Shown here: positions 8,472 through 18,965 of the stretch, piece by piece | Numbering within the stretch: the stretch's first letter is position 1 | How the letters are laid out: each line of letters starts with the position of its first letter | From: an uncultured delta proteobacterium | GTDB lineage: Bacteria > Desulfobacterota > Binatia > UBA9968 | Assembly: GCA_963755715.1 (NCBI GenBank) | Contig: CAVWLW010000069.1 | Coordinates: 96,001-160,000 of the forward strand | DNA length: 64,000 nt | Direction: 5' to 3' | The notes under the pieces: model-generated | Seen by the model: only the letters and a program-made list of their open reading frames with translations | Databases searched by the model: none | Told to the model about the DNA's origin: nothing | Translations under genes and position numbers: made by a program

Positions 8472-11400
8472 ATGGGCCAAGAAGAATACCAAGAATTGTC
8501 ATCGTTTTTGCGGCGTTTCATCCGGCGCCTGAAACTGCTCGAAGGCGTCGAGGGACTTTGCTTAACGGCGATCTGCGCTCTATTGCTTTTCGCGCTCGGC
8601 CCCGGTGTCGATCAGCTCAAGAATCTCCTTCCTTATGCGCCGCTCGCTTACAGCATCCTCACCTGCATCGTCCTTCTAACCGCGTTCGGCTGGTCGCTGT
8701 TTCGCTTCCTGCGCCGGCTTTCGCAAGAACGGGCGGCGCTCTACATCGAGCAAAAACAACCCAGACTGCGCAATAATTTAATCAATTCCTTGCAACTCTA
8801 TCCGCAAGTTGTCGGCGCCGAAAACGCTCAAGGCTTTTCATCGGGCATGGTGCTGGCGCTCTTGCGCACGACCCGAAAACAGATCGCCGGCCTGCGGGTT
8901 GATGATCTGCTCGACAAACGGCGCTTGATGACCAGCCTGCGTTTGCTCGGTTTCTTGGTCGTTCCGGTAGCGGCGATGGTGCTGCTCAATCCCTCCTGGG
9001 TGGGCGGCACGATCAGCCTGTTGACCCGACCACTCGATCATTTGCCACCGAGCCAAACGACTGTCGAGATTGAGCCCAAAGGGTTGCGCGTCGTGCGCGG
9101 CGCGCCAGTAACGATCCGCGCCGCTACTGCCGGCGCGCTACCGGCGACTTTGGATTTGATGACTTGGACGGCCACCGACGAGGGCGGCCAACCGATCGGC
9201 GTGGAAAAAGTGCCGATGGAAAATCTCGGCGCAGGAAAATTCAGCGCCAAGGTCGCGCGTTTGGAAAAAACTTTGCGCTATCGAGCGGTCACAGGTCCGT
9301 TTACATCGCCGACCTACACCGCCGAAGCCGTCGATCCGCCGGAAATCGCCAACGTCCAACTGATGCTTTATCCGCCCGCCTACACTGGCCTCGCATCGGT
9401 TTCCGTGCCGGAAGGCAATATCGAAGGACTCAAAGGATCGACACTGCGGCTCGATGCGGTCACGACTAAAGATGTCGTCAAAGCAGACATCGTCATGGAT
9501 GACGGCAAGAAAATTCCGCTCAAAATCGATGGCCGCAAACTCCAGGCGAACCTCGTCTTGTTTCAAGCGCAATCCTATCGAATCTTAGTCGAAGACAGCT
9601 ACGGTTTTCACAACACGCCGATCAGTTATGAGCTGCGCGTCAAACCGGACGGTTTTCCCACGGTCGACTTGCTGCGACCGACCGAAGACTTGGAAATCAA
9701 CGGTGACGAAACCCTGTCGCTGGAATACAGCGCGCGCGATGATTTCGGCATTGGCGAAATCGCCTTGATCACCAAGGTCGGCGACCGCGAAGAGAAAATC
9801 AGCCTGCAAAAAGAGGATGCCAAGCGGCTCATCCTGCGCGACCAGTATGCGTGGGATCTCGGCAAGCTCGGCTTGCACGACGGCGAAGAAGCGGTATTCT
9901 TCCTCCAGGTCTTCGATAACGACACGATCTCGGGCCCGAAAATCGGCACCTCGCGCTCGATTCGATTGAAGCTGAAAAATCTCAAAGGCGAGCATCAACA
10001 AGTCGCCGACATGGTGCGCGACTTGAATCAGCGCATGGTCGATCTCCTGGCCGATCATCTCGAAACCCCGGCGCCCGGCGAAAAACCGGCGGCACCGGAA
10101 TTAGACAAGAAGTTCGAGCAGAATCTTACCGACGCGCTCAAGCGCACCGAAGACGTGATGCGCCAGACGGAAAAAGACCGTATGTCCGATTACGCCACTT
10201 GGACCGATCTCGAGGCGCTCAAACGCAATCTAGAATTCACCAAAAACGAGCTTTTAAAGAAGCAAGAGCAAGCCGCCAATAACGACGAGAAGCTCAAGGC
10301 GCGCGACGATATCGCCGCCGAGCTCGAGCGCATGTCGCTTTTGTCTGAAGATATCGGCAAGCGGATGAAGGCGCAGGAGTTGGCCTCGACGGCGCAAGAC
10401 TTGGCACGCAACCAGGAACGCCTGATGGACTCCTTGGAGAAGCTCCAGAGCGGCGACAAGAATCTCGACGCCATCATGAAGCAGATTGCCGAGCTGGCGA
10501 AGACCTTGGCGAGCCTGCAGCAGGCGGTCTCGCAGCTGGCGCAGCAGATGCCGGACGATTTTATGAACGCCGACACTATGCAAGGTCTCGGCTTCAACGA
10601 TATGTTTCGCGCCCTCGACGAGATTCGCAAAAAGCTCATGGCTGGAGATATTGAAGGCGCACGCCAAATGGCACGGGAGTTGTTCAATCAGATGGCGCAG
10701 ATGGCCGCAGCGATGCAAAACGCCCAACGCTCCGCCATGGCTTCGGGCATGGGCCGCATGCAAGGCGAGATGCAGCGCCAGAGCAACGAGCTTCAGGAAA
10801 TCGCCCGCGAGCAACAAGAGATCCTGGCCAAGACCGAAGGAGTCAACAATTCGGCTTTGACCGAACGCGACTCCGCGCTCAAGAACAAACTCGATCGCTT
10901 CCTCGAAAAGGCCGTCTCCGAGTTGGGTCAGCTGACCGAGCTCTTTCCCGATCGTGAAGGCCCCGACGATCCAAACCTGCTAACCAACTTGGACGACGCG
11001 ACGATGAATTCGCTGCTCAAGAATCTTATCGCCAAGCTCTCCAACAAAGATTTTCCCGGTTACGGCGAGGGTGACGGTTGGGCGCGCAAAGAGCTCGGAA
11101 AAAAACGCTCGCCGGCACAGGAGCGTCGCGCCCAGCGCGCCGAAAAAAGCCTCGATGACATAAAATCCGAGCTCCAAGCGCTGCTCAACGAGCCGGCTCG
11201 GGCACTCTCCGATGCTGAGAAGCGGGACGTGCGCGACCTAGCGCACCGCCAGGACGTGCTGAAAGAACGGACTGAAGAGCTGCACGAAAAATTGGAATCG
11301 CTCTTTCAGCTCTTCCCTCAGCTCGATCCGAAGATCGTGCAGAACATTGGCGAAGCCGGGCAATCTATGGGCAGCGCGCAGAATCGGCTCGGCCAGTTGG

Positions 11401-11777
11401 ATTCACGCGGCGCGGTGCCGCCGGAACAAGCCGCCCTCGACCGGTTGTCACAATCTCAGCAACAGATGCAGTCTTCGATGCAGCAAATGGCGCAGCGCGG
11501 CCAGCTCGGCAACATGCCGATCACCCGCCTGTTCCGCCAAGGGCGATTTCTGCCCTATGGCTCGATGACGCCGCTTCCCGGCATGCCGCAGTTTCCCCAA
11601 TTCGATATCGAAAATGGTTTCAGCGGCCTGGACACCGAAAAATTTCATCTGCCGGGAAAAGACGAATACAAAGCACCGCGCAATTTCCGTGAGGAAATCC
11701 TCGAGTCGCTCAAGCAAGGCGTACCGCCCCAGATGAAAGAGCAAATCGAGCGCTATTTCAAAAATCTTTCCGAGTGA
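8472..11777 (+). CDS. Large membrane-anchored coiled-coil protein (DUF4175-like)
   Basis: N-terminal TM helices, PPAYTG and ARDDFG motifs, Q/M-rich coiled coil, C-terminal IERYFKNL typical of MoxR-operon partners. Confidence 0.75.
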   Translation: MGQEEYQELSSFLRRFIRRLKLLEGVEGLCLTAICALLLFALGPGVDQLKNLLPYAPLAYSILTCIVLLTAFGWSLFRFLRRLSQERAALYIEQKQPRLRNNLINSLQLYPQVVGAENAQGFSSGMVLALLRTTRKQIAGLRVDDLLDKRRLMTSLRLLGFLVVPVAAMVLLNPSWVGGTISLLTRPLDHLPPSQTTVEIEPKGLRVVRGAPVTIRAATAGALPATLDLMTWTATDEGGQPIGVEKVPMENLGAGKFSAKVARLEKTLRYRAVTGPFTSPTYTAEAVDPPEIANVQLMLYPPAYTGLASVSVPEGNIEGLKGSTLRLDAVTTKDVVKADIVMDDGKKIPLKIDGRKLQANLVLFQAQSYRILVEDSYGFHNTPISYELRVKPDGFPTVDLLRPTEDLEINGDETLSLEYSARDDFGIGEIALITKVGDREEKISLQKEDAKRLILRDQYAWDLGKLGLHDGEEAVFFLQVFDNDTISGPKIGTSRSIRLKLKNLKGEHQQVADMVRDLNQRMVDLLADHLETPAPGEKPAAPELDKKFEQNLTDALKRTEDVMRQTEKDRMSDYATWTDLEALKRNLEFTKNELLKKQEQAANNDEKLKARDDIAAELERMSLLSEDIGKRMKAQELASTAQDLARNQERLMDSLEKLQSGDKNLDAIMKQIAELAKTLASLQQAVSQLAQQMPDDFMNADTMQGLGFNDMFRALDEIRKKLMAGDIEGARQMARELFNQMAQMAAAMQNAQRSAMASGMGRMQGEMQRQSNELQEIAREQQEILAKTEGVNNSALTERDSALKNKLDRFLEKAVSELGQLTELFPDREGPDDPNLLTNLDDATMNSLLKNLIAKLSNKDFPGYGEGDGWARKELGKKRSPAQERRAQRAEKSLDDIKSELQALLNEPARALSDAEKRDVRDLAHRQDVLKERTEELHEKLESLFQLFPQLDPKIVQNIGEAGQSMGSAQNRLGQLDSRGAVPPEQAALDRLSQSQQQMQSSMQQMAQRGQLGNMPITRLFRQGRFLPYGSMTPLPGMPQFPQFDIENGFSGLDTEKFHLPGKDEYKAPRNFREEILESLKQGVPPQMKEQIERYFKNLSE

Positions 11778-11784
11778 TCCCGCA

Positions 11785-13377
11785 TTGAAGTACCGAGTTT
11801 CTTTGTTTTCCTTTTTCGGGCTTTTTTTGCTGTTGGCCGGGCCGACGTTTGGCGCTGAGGCCGATCCGAAGTTCAAAGCCGGCGAGGAGATGTTGGACGC
11901 CTGGCGCACGGCCCAGGCCGAAGAATTCGCCGCCAAAGCGCTCAAGGAGGACCCCAAGTCGGCGGCGGCGCTCGAATTCGACGCTCGGGTGAAATTCTAC
12001 GAAGGCCGCTACGCCGAAGCACTGGCTGTTTTCGAGCGCGCCCTCGCCATCGACTCGACCAACCAAAGACGCCAGGCGTTAAAGCTGCTCACGCAGTTCA
12101 CCGTCGATGTCCACAAATCGCTCAAGCGCCATGAAAGCGCGCATTTCGTTTTGTTCGCCGACGATAAGCGCGACGCCATCCTCGTGCCGCTCGCGCTCGC
12201 GGCCCTGGAAAAGAGTTACGAAACAACCGGAGCGGAGCTCGGTTTTTATCCGAAAGAGAAAGTCCGGGTCGAGATCGCGCCCGACGCGACCAGCTTTAAC
12301 GCCATTTCGACGCTTTCACTGCGCGATATCGAGGAGACCGGCGCCGTGGGCATCTGCAAGTTCAACAAGCTCATGATCATCTCGCCGCGCGCGTTAAGCT
12401 TCGGTTATCGCTGGCTGGATTCGCTCAGTCATGAATACCAGCACTACGCCATCGTCGCCCTTAGCAACAATCAAGCGCCGATCTGGCTGCACGAAGGCAT
12501 GGCGCGCTTTTACGAAACCCGCTGGCGCAAACCGGCGCCAACGACCGACGCCGCGGAAGATTATTTGACGCCGGCCAATCAAACCCTGCTCGTGCAAGCT
12601 TTGGCGAAAAACCAGTTTGTCGGCTTTAAAAACATGGAGCCGTCTTTGATTCACCTCGAGACGCCCGAGCAGGTGCAGCTCGCCTATGCCGAGGCGGCCT
12701 CAGCGGTGGATTTCATCAACCAGAGCAAAGGCCGGGCGGGGGTCCGCGAACTGCTCGCAACGTTGAATGACAAACCGACGCCTGAAGCGATCGAAAAAGT
12801 CTACGGCATGTCGTTCGATGCTTTCGAAACCAAATGGAAAGGTTTTCTCAAAACCAAAGGGCTAAAAGAAATCGAAGGCAGCCGCGTGCGCAAGTTCAAG
12901 GTCAAAAAGGACCAGCGCGAAGACGAAGAAGTGGTCGAATTGAGAGAAATCCAGTCGGCGGTGGCGCGCAATCGCACTCATCTGGCCGATCAATTGCTCG
13001 GCAAAGGACGCACCGCCGCGGCGACCGCCGAATACCAGCGCGCTTTGCAGGCTAGCCCGTATTCCCCGATCATTCTCAACAAGCTCGGACGGGTGATGAT
13101 CGAAACCAACCGTCCGGCAGAAGCTTTGCCGTTGCTGCAGAAAGCGCTCGACGTGGATCCTGATAACGTCAATGCCTATGTGCAATTGGGCCGCGCCCAG
13201 AATGCCACGAAGAATTTCAAAGAGGCGCGCAGCGCGCTCGAGGAAGCCATCCAGATCAATCCATTTAACCCGCTCATCTACCGCTTACTCGGCGATACCT
13301 ATACGGCCCTCGGCGAGCCGGAAAAAGCGCGGCTCGCCAAAGCGACGCTCGACAAACTCATGACCGGCAATAATTAA
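11785..13377 (+). CDS. Exported TPR protein with gluzincin (peptidase MA-like) domain
   Basis: HEYQH plus WLHEGMA, flanked by TPR repeats; signal peptide. Confidence 0.8.
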   Translation: MKYRVSLFSFFGLFLLLAGPTFGAEADPKFKAGEEMLDAWRTAQAEEFAAKALKEDPKSAAALEFDARVKFYEGRYAEALAVFERALAIDSTNQRRQALKLLTQFTVDVHKSLKRHESAHFVLFADDKRDAILVPLALAALEKSYETTGAELGFYPKEKVRVEIAPDATSFNAISTLSLRDIEETGAVGICKFNKLMIISPRALSFGYRWLDSLSHEYQHYAIVALSNNQAPIWLHEGMARFYETRWRKPAPTTDAAEDYLTPANQTLLVQALAKNQFVGFKNMEPSLIHLETPEQVQLAYAEAASAVDFINQSKGRAGVRELLATLNDKPTPEAIEKVYGMSFDAFETKWKGFLKTKGLKEIEGSRVRKFKVKKDQREDEEVVELREIQSAVARNRTHLADQLLGKGRTAAATAEYQRALQASPYSPIILNKLGRVMIETNRPAEALPLLQKALDVDPDNVNAYVQLGRAQNATKNFKEARSALEEAIQINPFNPLIYRLLGDTYTALGEPEKARLAKATLDKLMTGNN

Positions 13378-13396
13378 TCGATCGAGAAGGAAGACC

Positions 13397-14425
13397 ATGG
13401 AAGCAACGGAGATGGAACAACACGAGATCGCGGAGATCGAAGAGTTCGCGAACAAGCGCGACAGCATGCTCGGCGAGATCCGTAAGGTCATCGTCGGCCA
13501 AGACCACGTCATCGAAGAAGTGCTGATTGCTCTGTTCGCCAGGGGCCATTGCCTGCTCGTCGGCGTGCCGGGATTGGCGAAGACCCTTTTGATCAGCACA
13601 CTCGCGGAAATTTTGGATCTCGACTTTAACCGCATCCAGTTCACTCCCGACTTAATGCCTTCGGACATCACCGGCACCGATATCTTGCAGGAAGATGCCG
13701 CCACCGGCCGGCGCGCTTTTCAGTTTCTCCGCGGGCCGATTTTCACCAACATCCTGCTCGCGGACGAAATCAACCGGACACCACCCAAGACGCAAGCGGC
13801 ACTTTTGCAATCGATGCAAGAATACAAAGTCACCGCCGGCGGCACCACTTTTCCGCTCGACCTGCCGTTTTTCGTTCTGGCCACGCAAAACCCCATCGAG
13901 CAGGAAGGCACCTACCCGCTTCCCGAAGCCCAGCTCGATCGCTTTATGGTGAACGTGGAGATCGGTTATCCGGATTTTGAAGACGAAGTGCAGATCGTGA
14001 TGCAGACAACGTCGACCGGCAAACCGTCGCCGCACAAAATAATGGACGGCCCGGCGATTTTGCATTATCAGGAGCTGGTGCGAAAGGTTCCCGTCTCGCC
14101 CTTCGTGGTTTCTTACGCGGTCAGCTTGGCGCAGCGCTCGCGGCCGAAAAACGCCGACGCTTCGCAGTACGTCAAGGATTACGTCGAATGGGGCGCCGGC
14201 CCGCGCGCTTCGCAGTATCTGATCCTCGGCGCCAAAGCGCGCACGATCCTGCAGGGCCGCTATGCCGTGTCGATTGAAGATATTCAGGCGCTGGCTCCTT
14301 CCGTGCTCCGTCACCGCATCGTGCCCAACTTCAAGGCTCAAGGCGAAGGGCTCTCCTCCGGCGATATCATCAAGCGTCTTTTGACCGATATAAAACCTTC
14401 CGCGGACGGCAGAGCCGCGAAATAA
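13397..14425 (+). CDS. moxR: MoxR family AAA+ ATPase
   Basis: GVPGLAKT, RIQFTPDLMPSDITG, DEINR and ATQNPIEQEGTYPLPEAQLDRF motifs. Confidence 0.95.
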   Translation: MEATEMEQHEIAEIEEFANKRDSMLGEIRKVIVGQDHVIEEVLIALFARGHCLLVGVPGLAKTLLISTLAEILDLDFNRIQFTPDLMPSDITGTDILQEDAATGRRAFQFLRGPIFTNILLADEINRTPPKTQAALLQSMQEYKVTAGGTTFPLDLPFFVLATQNPIEQEGTYPLPEAQLDRFMVNVEIGYPDFEDEVQIVMQTTSTGKPSPHKIMDGPAILHYQELVRKVPVSPFVVSYAVSLAQRSRPKNADASQYVKDYVEWGAGPRASQYLILGAKARTILQGRYAVSIEDIQALAPSVLRHRIVPNFKAQGEGLSSGDIIKRLLTDIKPSADGRAAK

Positions 14426-14460
14426 ATTTCCACTTTCCAAACACAGATTTCAAATTCGCC

Positions 14461-15003
14461 ATGCCATATGGAATCTGTCATTTAGGTTTTTTACCGCTAT
14501 CGAGAAAATCCGCTGCGGGCGCCGATAATTTTGGTATCGACGTGCGCGGCAACCGCCAATTTCGCTGGCAAACCCGCCAAGCCCTGGCCTTGCTCTACCC
14601 CCTCGCGCAATTCGAGCTAATCCGTAGAAATATTTCAATCATCCGTCAGGCGCGTCGCAGCGGCATGAAAGCCTGGGCCAAGAAACCCACTTTTCTCGTC
14701 GGCAAACCGACGTGGCGCCATTCTGTTGTCTGGTATGCCGGCGCCATCGCCCATGACGCCTATCATGGCGAGCTTTACGCCGGCGGCAAAACAAACTGTA
14801 CGGGCAAAGCGCCTGAAGCCGACGTTTGGTCCGGCGTCGAAGCCGAAACAAAATGTCTCGTCTTTCAAGCCGAGGTTCTTTTGGCGCTCAACGCGGAGCC
14901 GACGCTCATCGGTTACGTAAATCAATGGCGGCAAAATCCGACCTATCAAGGCTGCAACAAAGGTTGGCGCAGCTGGCTAGATTATCTTAAACGCCAGTGG
15001 TAG
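14461..15003 (+). CDS. Hypothetical protein with zincin-like HDxxH motif
   Basis: 180-aa ORF filling the moxR-DUF58 gap; AIAHDAYH with downstream E; start uncertain. Confidence 0.5.
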   Translation: MPYGICHLGFLPLSRKSAAGADNFGIDVRGNRQFRWQTRQALALLYPLAQFELIRRNISIIRQARRSGMKAWAKKPTFLVGKPTWRHSVVWYAGAIAHDAYHGELYAGGKTNCTGKAPEADVWSGVEAETKCLVFQAEVLLALNAEPTLIGYVNQWRQNPTYQGCNKGWRSWLDYLKRQW

Positions 15004-15108
15004 AAATTTGGCAGTTCGATGACGAAGAAAAACTTTCAGGATGGAAGATCGAGGATAAAGGATCGCGATGGATCTTCGCTTCTCGATCCTCGACAATAGA
15101 AAAAGGCC

Positions 15109-15999
15109 ATGCCCGACGGCGCCAAAAACTATTTCGATCCCAAGGTTCTCGCTGGGATTTCCAATCTTGCCTTGCGCGCCCGCTGGGTCGTCGAGGGACT
15201 GATGTCCGGCGTGCATCGGAGTCGCTCCAAGGGTTTCAGTGTCGAATTCGAAGAACACCGCGAATACTCGCCAGGCGATGAGATTCGCCGCATCGATTGG
15301 AAGGCGCTCGGCAAGTTCGACCGCTACTTCATCAAAGAGTATGAAGATGAAACCAACCTGCGCGCGTATCTCCTTTTGGACGCCAGCGCGTCGATGAATT
15401 ATGCCTCGGATGGCATTACGAAATTTGACTACGGCTGCACGCTCGCAGCATCGCTCGCTTATCTTATTCTCAAGCAGCAAGACGCCGCCGGCCTCGTCAC
15501 CTTCTCCGACCATATCGAATCGTTCGTGCCGCCGCGCGCCAAGCGCGATTATCTGACGCAGATCCTGGGCGCTTTGGAAAAGCGCGGCCCGGCGGGCGAA
15601 ACCAACGTCGGCAAGATTCTCGAAGACATCGCCGGCCAGGTGAAGCGACGTGGCCTGATTGTCCTGGTGTCCGACTTGCTCGACGAGCCCGAGGCGATCC
15701 TCAAGGGGTTGCGCCAGTTTCGCTTCAAGGGCAACGATGTCATCGTCTTCCATCTGCTCGATCAAGCGGAGCTCGATTTGCCTTTCGACGGCAACATCTT
15801 ATTCGAAGATTTGGAAGCCACGAATCTGCAGGTGATCGCCGACCCGCGCACGATCCGAACGACTTACAAACAGGTCGTGCAGGAATTCATCGACGATATG
15901 CGCAAGCAATGCCGCGACAACACCATCGACTATCAAATCATCTCGACCGCGACGCCTCTGGACCAGGCCCTGGCCAGTTATCTGAGCTGGAGAGGCTAG
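15109..15999 (+). CDS. DUF58 (VWA-like) protein
   Basis: GFSVEFEEHREYSPGDEIRRIDWK, LDASASM and VSDL motifs. Confidence 0.92.
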   Translation: MPDGAKNYFDPKVLAGISNLALRARWVVEGLMSGVHRSRSKGFSVEFEEHREYSPGDEIRRIDWKALGKFDRYFIKEYEDETNLRAYLLLDASASMNYASDGITKFDYGCTLAASLAYLILKQQDAAGLVTFSDHIESFVPPRAKRDYLTQILGALEKRGPAGETNVGKILEDIAGQVKRRGLIVLVSDLLDEPEAILKGLRQFRFKGNDVIVFHLLDQAELDLPFDGNILFEDLEATNLQVIADPRTIRTTYKQVVQEFIDDMRKQCRDNTIDYQIISTATPLDQALASYLSWRG

Positions 16000-16008
16000 C
16001 GCGCCGCG

Positions 16009-18102
16009 ATGTCGGTTTTTTTTCTCTATCCGCTTTTCCTGCTCGGACTTTTGGCGGCGTCGCTGCCCGTGCTGATTCATCTGCTCAACCGCCGCAAGCT
16101 CAAAAGAATCCGCTTTCCCGCCGTGCGCTTCATCCTGCTCTCACAAAAACGCATCTCGCGCAGTTATCGTTTGCGCCATTGGATTCTTCTGGCGCTCAGA
16201 ACTCTGGCGGTCGTATTTCTCGCGCTCTTGCTCGCCAATCCAATTTTTCAAACCGGCGCCGGGCTATTCGCCGGCGGCGGTCCGGTCGCGCTGGTCGTGC
16301 TGCTCGATAATTCGCTGAGCATGACTTGGAGCGGCGACGGCAACGGTTTCAAACAAGCCAAAGATGCCGCACGCATGCTGATCTCGGCGTTGAGCGACGA
16401 CGACCGCGCGGCGATCGTTCCGACCAACCTATCCGGCAAAGAGCTGTTTCGGCTGAAAGGACAAAAAGACGTCCTGCTGCGGGAATTGGATAGCATCGAG
16501 ATCGCCGACGGCAGCGTCAATCTGGAAGCCGCTCTCGGCAAGGCTTACGAATTGTTGAATGTCCCTGCGGGCCAAAAAGAAATCCGCTTCATCACGGACA
16601 TGGGCCTTACCGGTTGGGATCAATTCTCCGTCGCCGGGTTGAAACAGGTCGACCCATCGATACCATTCAAATTGATCCACGTCGGCCGCAAACAAGCGCC
16701 GCTCAACGGCAGCATCAAGGAAATCCGCTTAGGCAGTCAGGGCGTCGGCGCCAATCTGCCGCTGCAGATCGACGTCACGGTGGCGAACTTCGGTGATGGT
16801 GAGCTCAAGGACGTGCTCGCCCAGCTCAGCATCGACGGCCAGAACAAAGAGCAAAAACTCGTCACGGTAGCGCCAAAGGCGGAAAGTTCCTTGAGTTTTC
16901 AAACGCGGCTGAGCCAGCCGGGCGCGCACGCGGGGCAGGTGACGCTCAAAAAAGCCGGTCTCGCCGGCAATGTGACGACGAATTTCACTCTCGACGCACA
17001 GGACAAGATTAAAGTTTTGATCGTCGACGGCGATCCGCAAACCTCGCTGGTCCAAAGTGAAACTTTTTTTCTGAGCCGCGCGCTCAGTCCGTCCGGCGAG
17101 CGCGACTCGTCTGTCTTCCTGCCGACAGTAATCTTACCCGATGGACTGAACGCGGCGGCGCTGGAAACGTTCCAAGTGTTGATTTTATGCAACGTCGCAA
17201 CGCTGCCGGATAGCCTCTCGCCGAAATTACAGAATTTTTTGCGCCAAGGCGGCGGTGTGTTGATCTTTTCGGGGGACAAGTTTCAGGCCGATAGTTACAC
17301 GCAAAAACTCGCGCGCGATCTTCCCGGCCAACTCGGCGAAAAAAAGATCGGCCCGGAGGCGAATGGCGAAAAAATCGTTAATTACGATGCCAAACATCCG
17401 GCGCTGCAGTTGCTCGCCGATCCGATTCTCCTGGAATCGCTCAAGTCCGCGCGCGTTTGGGGCTACTTACGCACCGCGGCCGTCGGCCGCACGCCTTTGA
17501 TCGCGCTCGCCAACGGCGATCCTTTGTTACTCGAACAAAAAATCGGCGCAGGGCGAATCCTATTCATGACCTCATCCGCCGACCGGGACTGGACCGATCT
17601 GCCATTGAAAACCGTCTATCTGCCGTTAATGCAATCGCTCGCGCAATACTTGGCCGGCAGCAGTCGGGGCGCGTTGGACGGCGGTATCGCCGTCGGCGCG
17701 GCGAAGGAAATCGCGCTGCCGCCGACGTTTGTCGGGAAAAATTTGCGGATCACCAAGCCGGATAAACAGACGGCGGAGGTGGCGATCACCGCTGTTAAAG
17801 ACCGCGCCGGCGCCCGCATCGAGGAAAACGACCAGGCCGGTATTTACCGTTTAGCGTTGCCGGTCGGCGATAAGAATGGCGACTTGCCGCAAATGTACGC
17901 GGTCAACCCGCCGGTGCTGGAATCGCGTTTGGATGAAATCAGCACGCGCGAGCTGCAAACCAAGCTCAAGCCGATTCGCGCCGAAGTCATTCCCGTCAAT
18001 GCGCTCAAAGACGGCGGCAAACGCACCGACCTCGCCCTTCCCTTGCTGGCTCTGCTCATTGTAACGTTGCTGCTCGAAGGCTGGTTGGGTCAGCGCTTTT
18101 AG
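16009..18102 (+). CDS. BatA N-terminal double-TM and VWA domain protein
   Basis: LPVLIHLLNRRK...FPAVRF...LLALR (BatA), MIDAS DNSLS, C-terminal TM. Confidence 0.85.
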   Translation: MSVFFLYPLFLLGLLAASLPVLIHLLNRRKLKRIRFPAVRFILLSQKRISRSYRLRHWILLALRTLAVVFLALLLANPIFQTGAGLFAGGGPVALVVLLDNSLSMTWSGDGNGFKQAKDAARMLISALSDDDRAAIVPTNLSGKELFRLKGQKDVLLRELDSIEIADGSVNLEAALGKAYELLNVPAGQKEIRFITDMGLTGWDQFSVAGLKQVDPSIPFKLIHVGRKQAPLNGSIKEIRLGSQGVGANLPLQIDVTVANFGDGELKDVLAQLSIDGQNKEQKLVTVAPKAESSLSFQTRLSQPGAHAGQVTLKKAGLAGNVTTNFTLDAQDKIKVLIVDGDPQTSLVQSETFFLSRALSPSGERDSSVFLPTVILPDGLNAAALETFQVLILCNVATLPDSLSPKLQNFLRQGGGVLIFSGDKFQADSYTQKLARDLPGQLGEKKIGPEANGEKIVNYDAKHPALQLLADPILLESLKSARVWGYLRTAAVGRTPLIALANGDPLLLEQKIGAGRILFMTSSADRDWTDLPLKTVYLPLMQSLAQYLAGSSRGALDGGIAVGAAKEIALPPTFVGKNLRITKPDKQTAEVAITAVKDRAGARIEENDQAGIYRLALPVGDKNGDLPQMYAVNPPVLESRLDEISTRELQTKLKPIRAEVIPVNALKDGGKRTDLALPLLALLIVTLLLEGWLGQRF

Positions 18103-18190
18103 TCAATTAAAAACTAAAAAGGCAAAATTAAAAAATGAAGATAGGGTGGTCTGTTCTTTTTAACTTTAAATTTTTACTTTTGAATTCTCT

Positions 18191-18961
18191 ATGAATCGCC
18201 GCAATTTCATTCGCATGCTTTCTCAAAGTTTCATCGGCGCGGCCTTCTTGCCGTCTGTCATCGACGCCGCCGAGCCGGACGATAAACGCCGTGCGCAGTT
18301 CGTCTTCGCGCAGGTAAAATACCGTGGCGGCGATTGGAATCCTCATCCGCTCTCGGTCACGCCGCTCATGGAAGAGCTCATGGCGCGCACCAGCGTCGAA
18401 GCGGCCACCGCCAAGCGCGAGGTCACCCTCGCCGACCCCGACTTGTTCAACTATCCTTTTCTCTATCTGGCAGGCCGCTATGAATTTGAGCCGTTCAGCC
18501 AGGAAGAAATCGAAATCCTCCGTCGCTTCCTCTCTTACGGCGGTTTTTTGCTGATCGACGATGCCCTCGGCCAGCAAGGTTACGGCTTCGACAAGTCGGT
18601 GCGTCGCGAGATGCAACGGATCTTTCCGGGGAATGATTTCAAGCGCCTGCCGTCGGGCCATGCCGCGCTGAGAAGTTATTATCTCCTGCGCCGCATCGGC
18701 GGCGTGCGCATCATCAATCCCAATCTGGAAGGGATCAACGTCGGCACGTCCACGCCGGTGATCTATTGCCAGAACGACCTGGGCGGGGCCTGGGAGCGCG
18801 ATCAAGTCGGCAAGTGGACCAACACCTGCACTCCCGGCGGCGAAGCGCAGCGCAAAGACGCTTTTCATCTCGGCATCAATATCATTCTCTACGCCATGAC
18901 CGAGAACTACAAAGAAGATCTGATCCACGTCCCGTTCATTCGCAAGCGGCTCACCCGGTAA
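18191..18961 (+). CDS. DUF4159 protein with Tat-type signal
   Basis: MNRRNF twin-arginine leader; YRGGDW, YPFLYL, GGFLLIDD and NDLGGAW motifs. Confidence 0.85.
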   Translation: MNRRNFIRMLSQSFIGAAFLPSVIDAAEPDDKRRAQFVFAQVKYRGGDWNPHPLSVTPLMEELMARTSVEAATAKREVTLADPDLFNYPFLYLAGRYEFEPFSQEEIEILRRFLSYGGFLLIDDALGQQGYGFDKSVRREMQRIFPGNDFKRLPSGHAALRSYYLLRRIGGVRIINPNLEGINVGTSTPVIYCQNDLGGAWERDQVGKWTNTCTPGGEAQRKDAFHLGINIILYAMTENYKEDLIHVPFIRKRLTR

Positions 18962-18965
18962 AATC

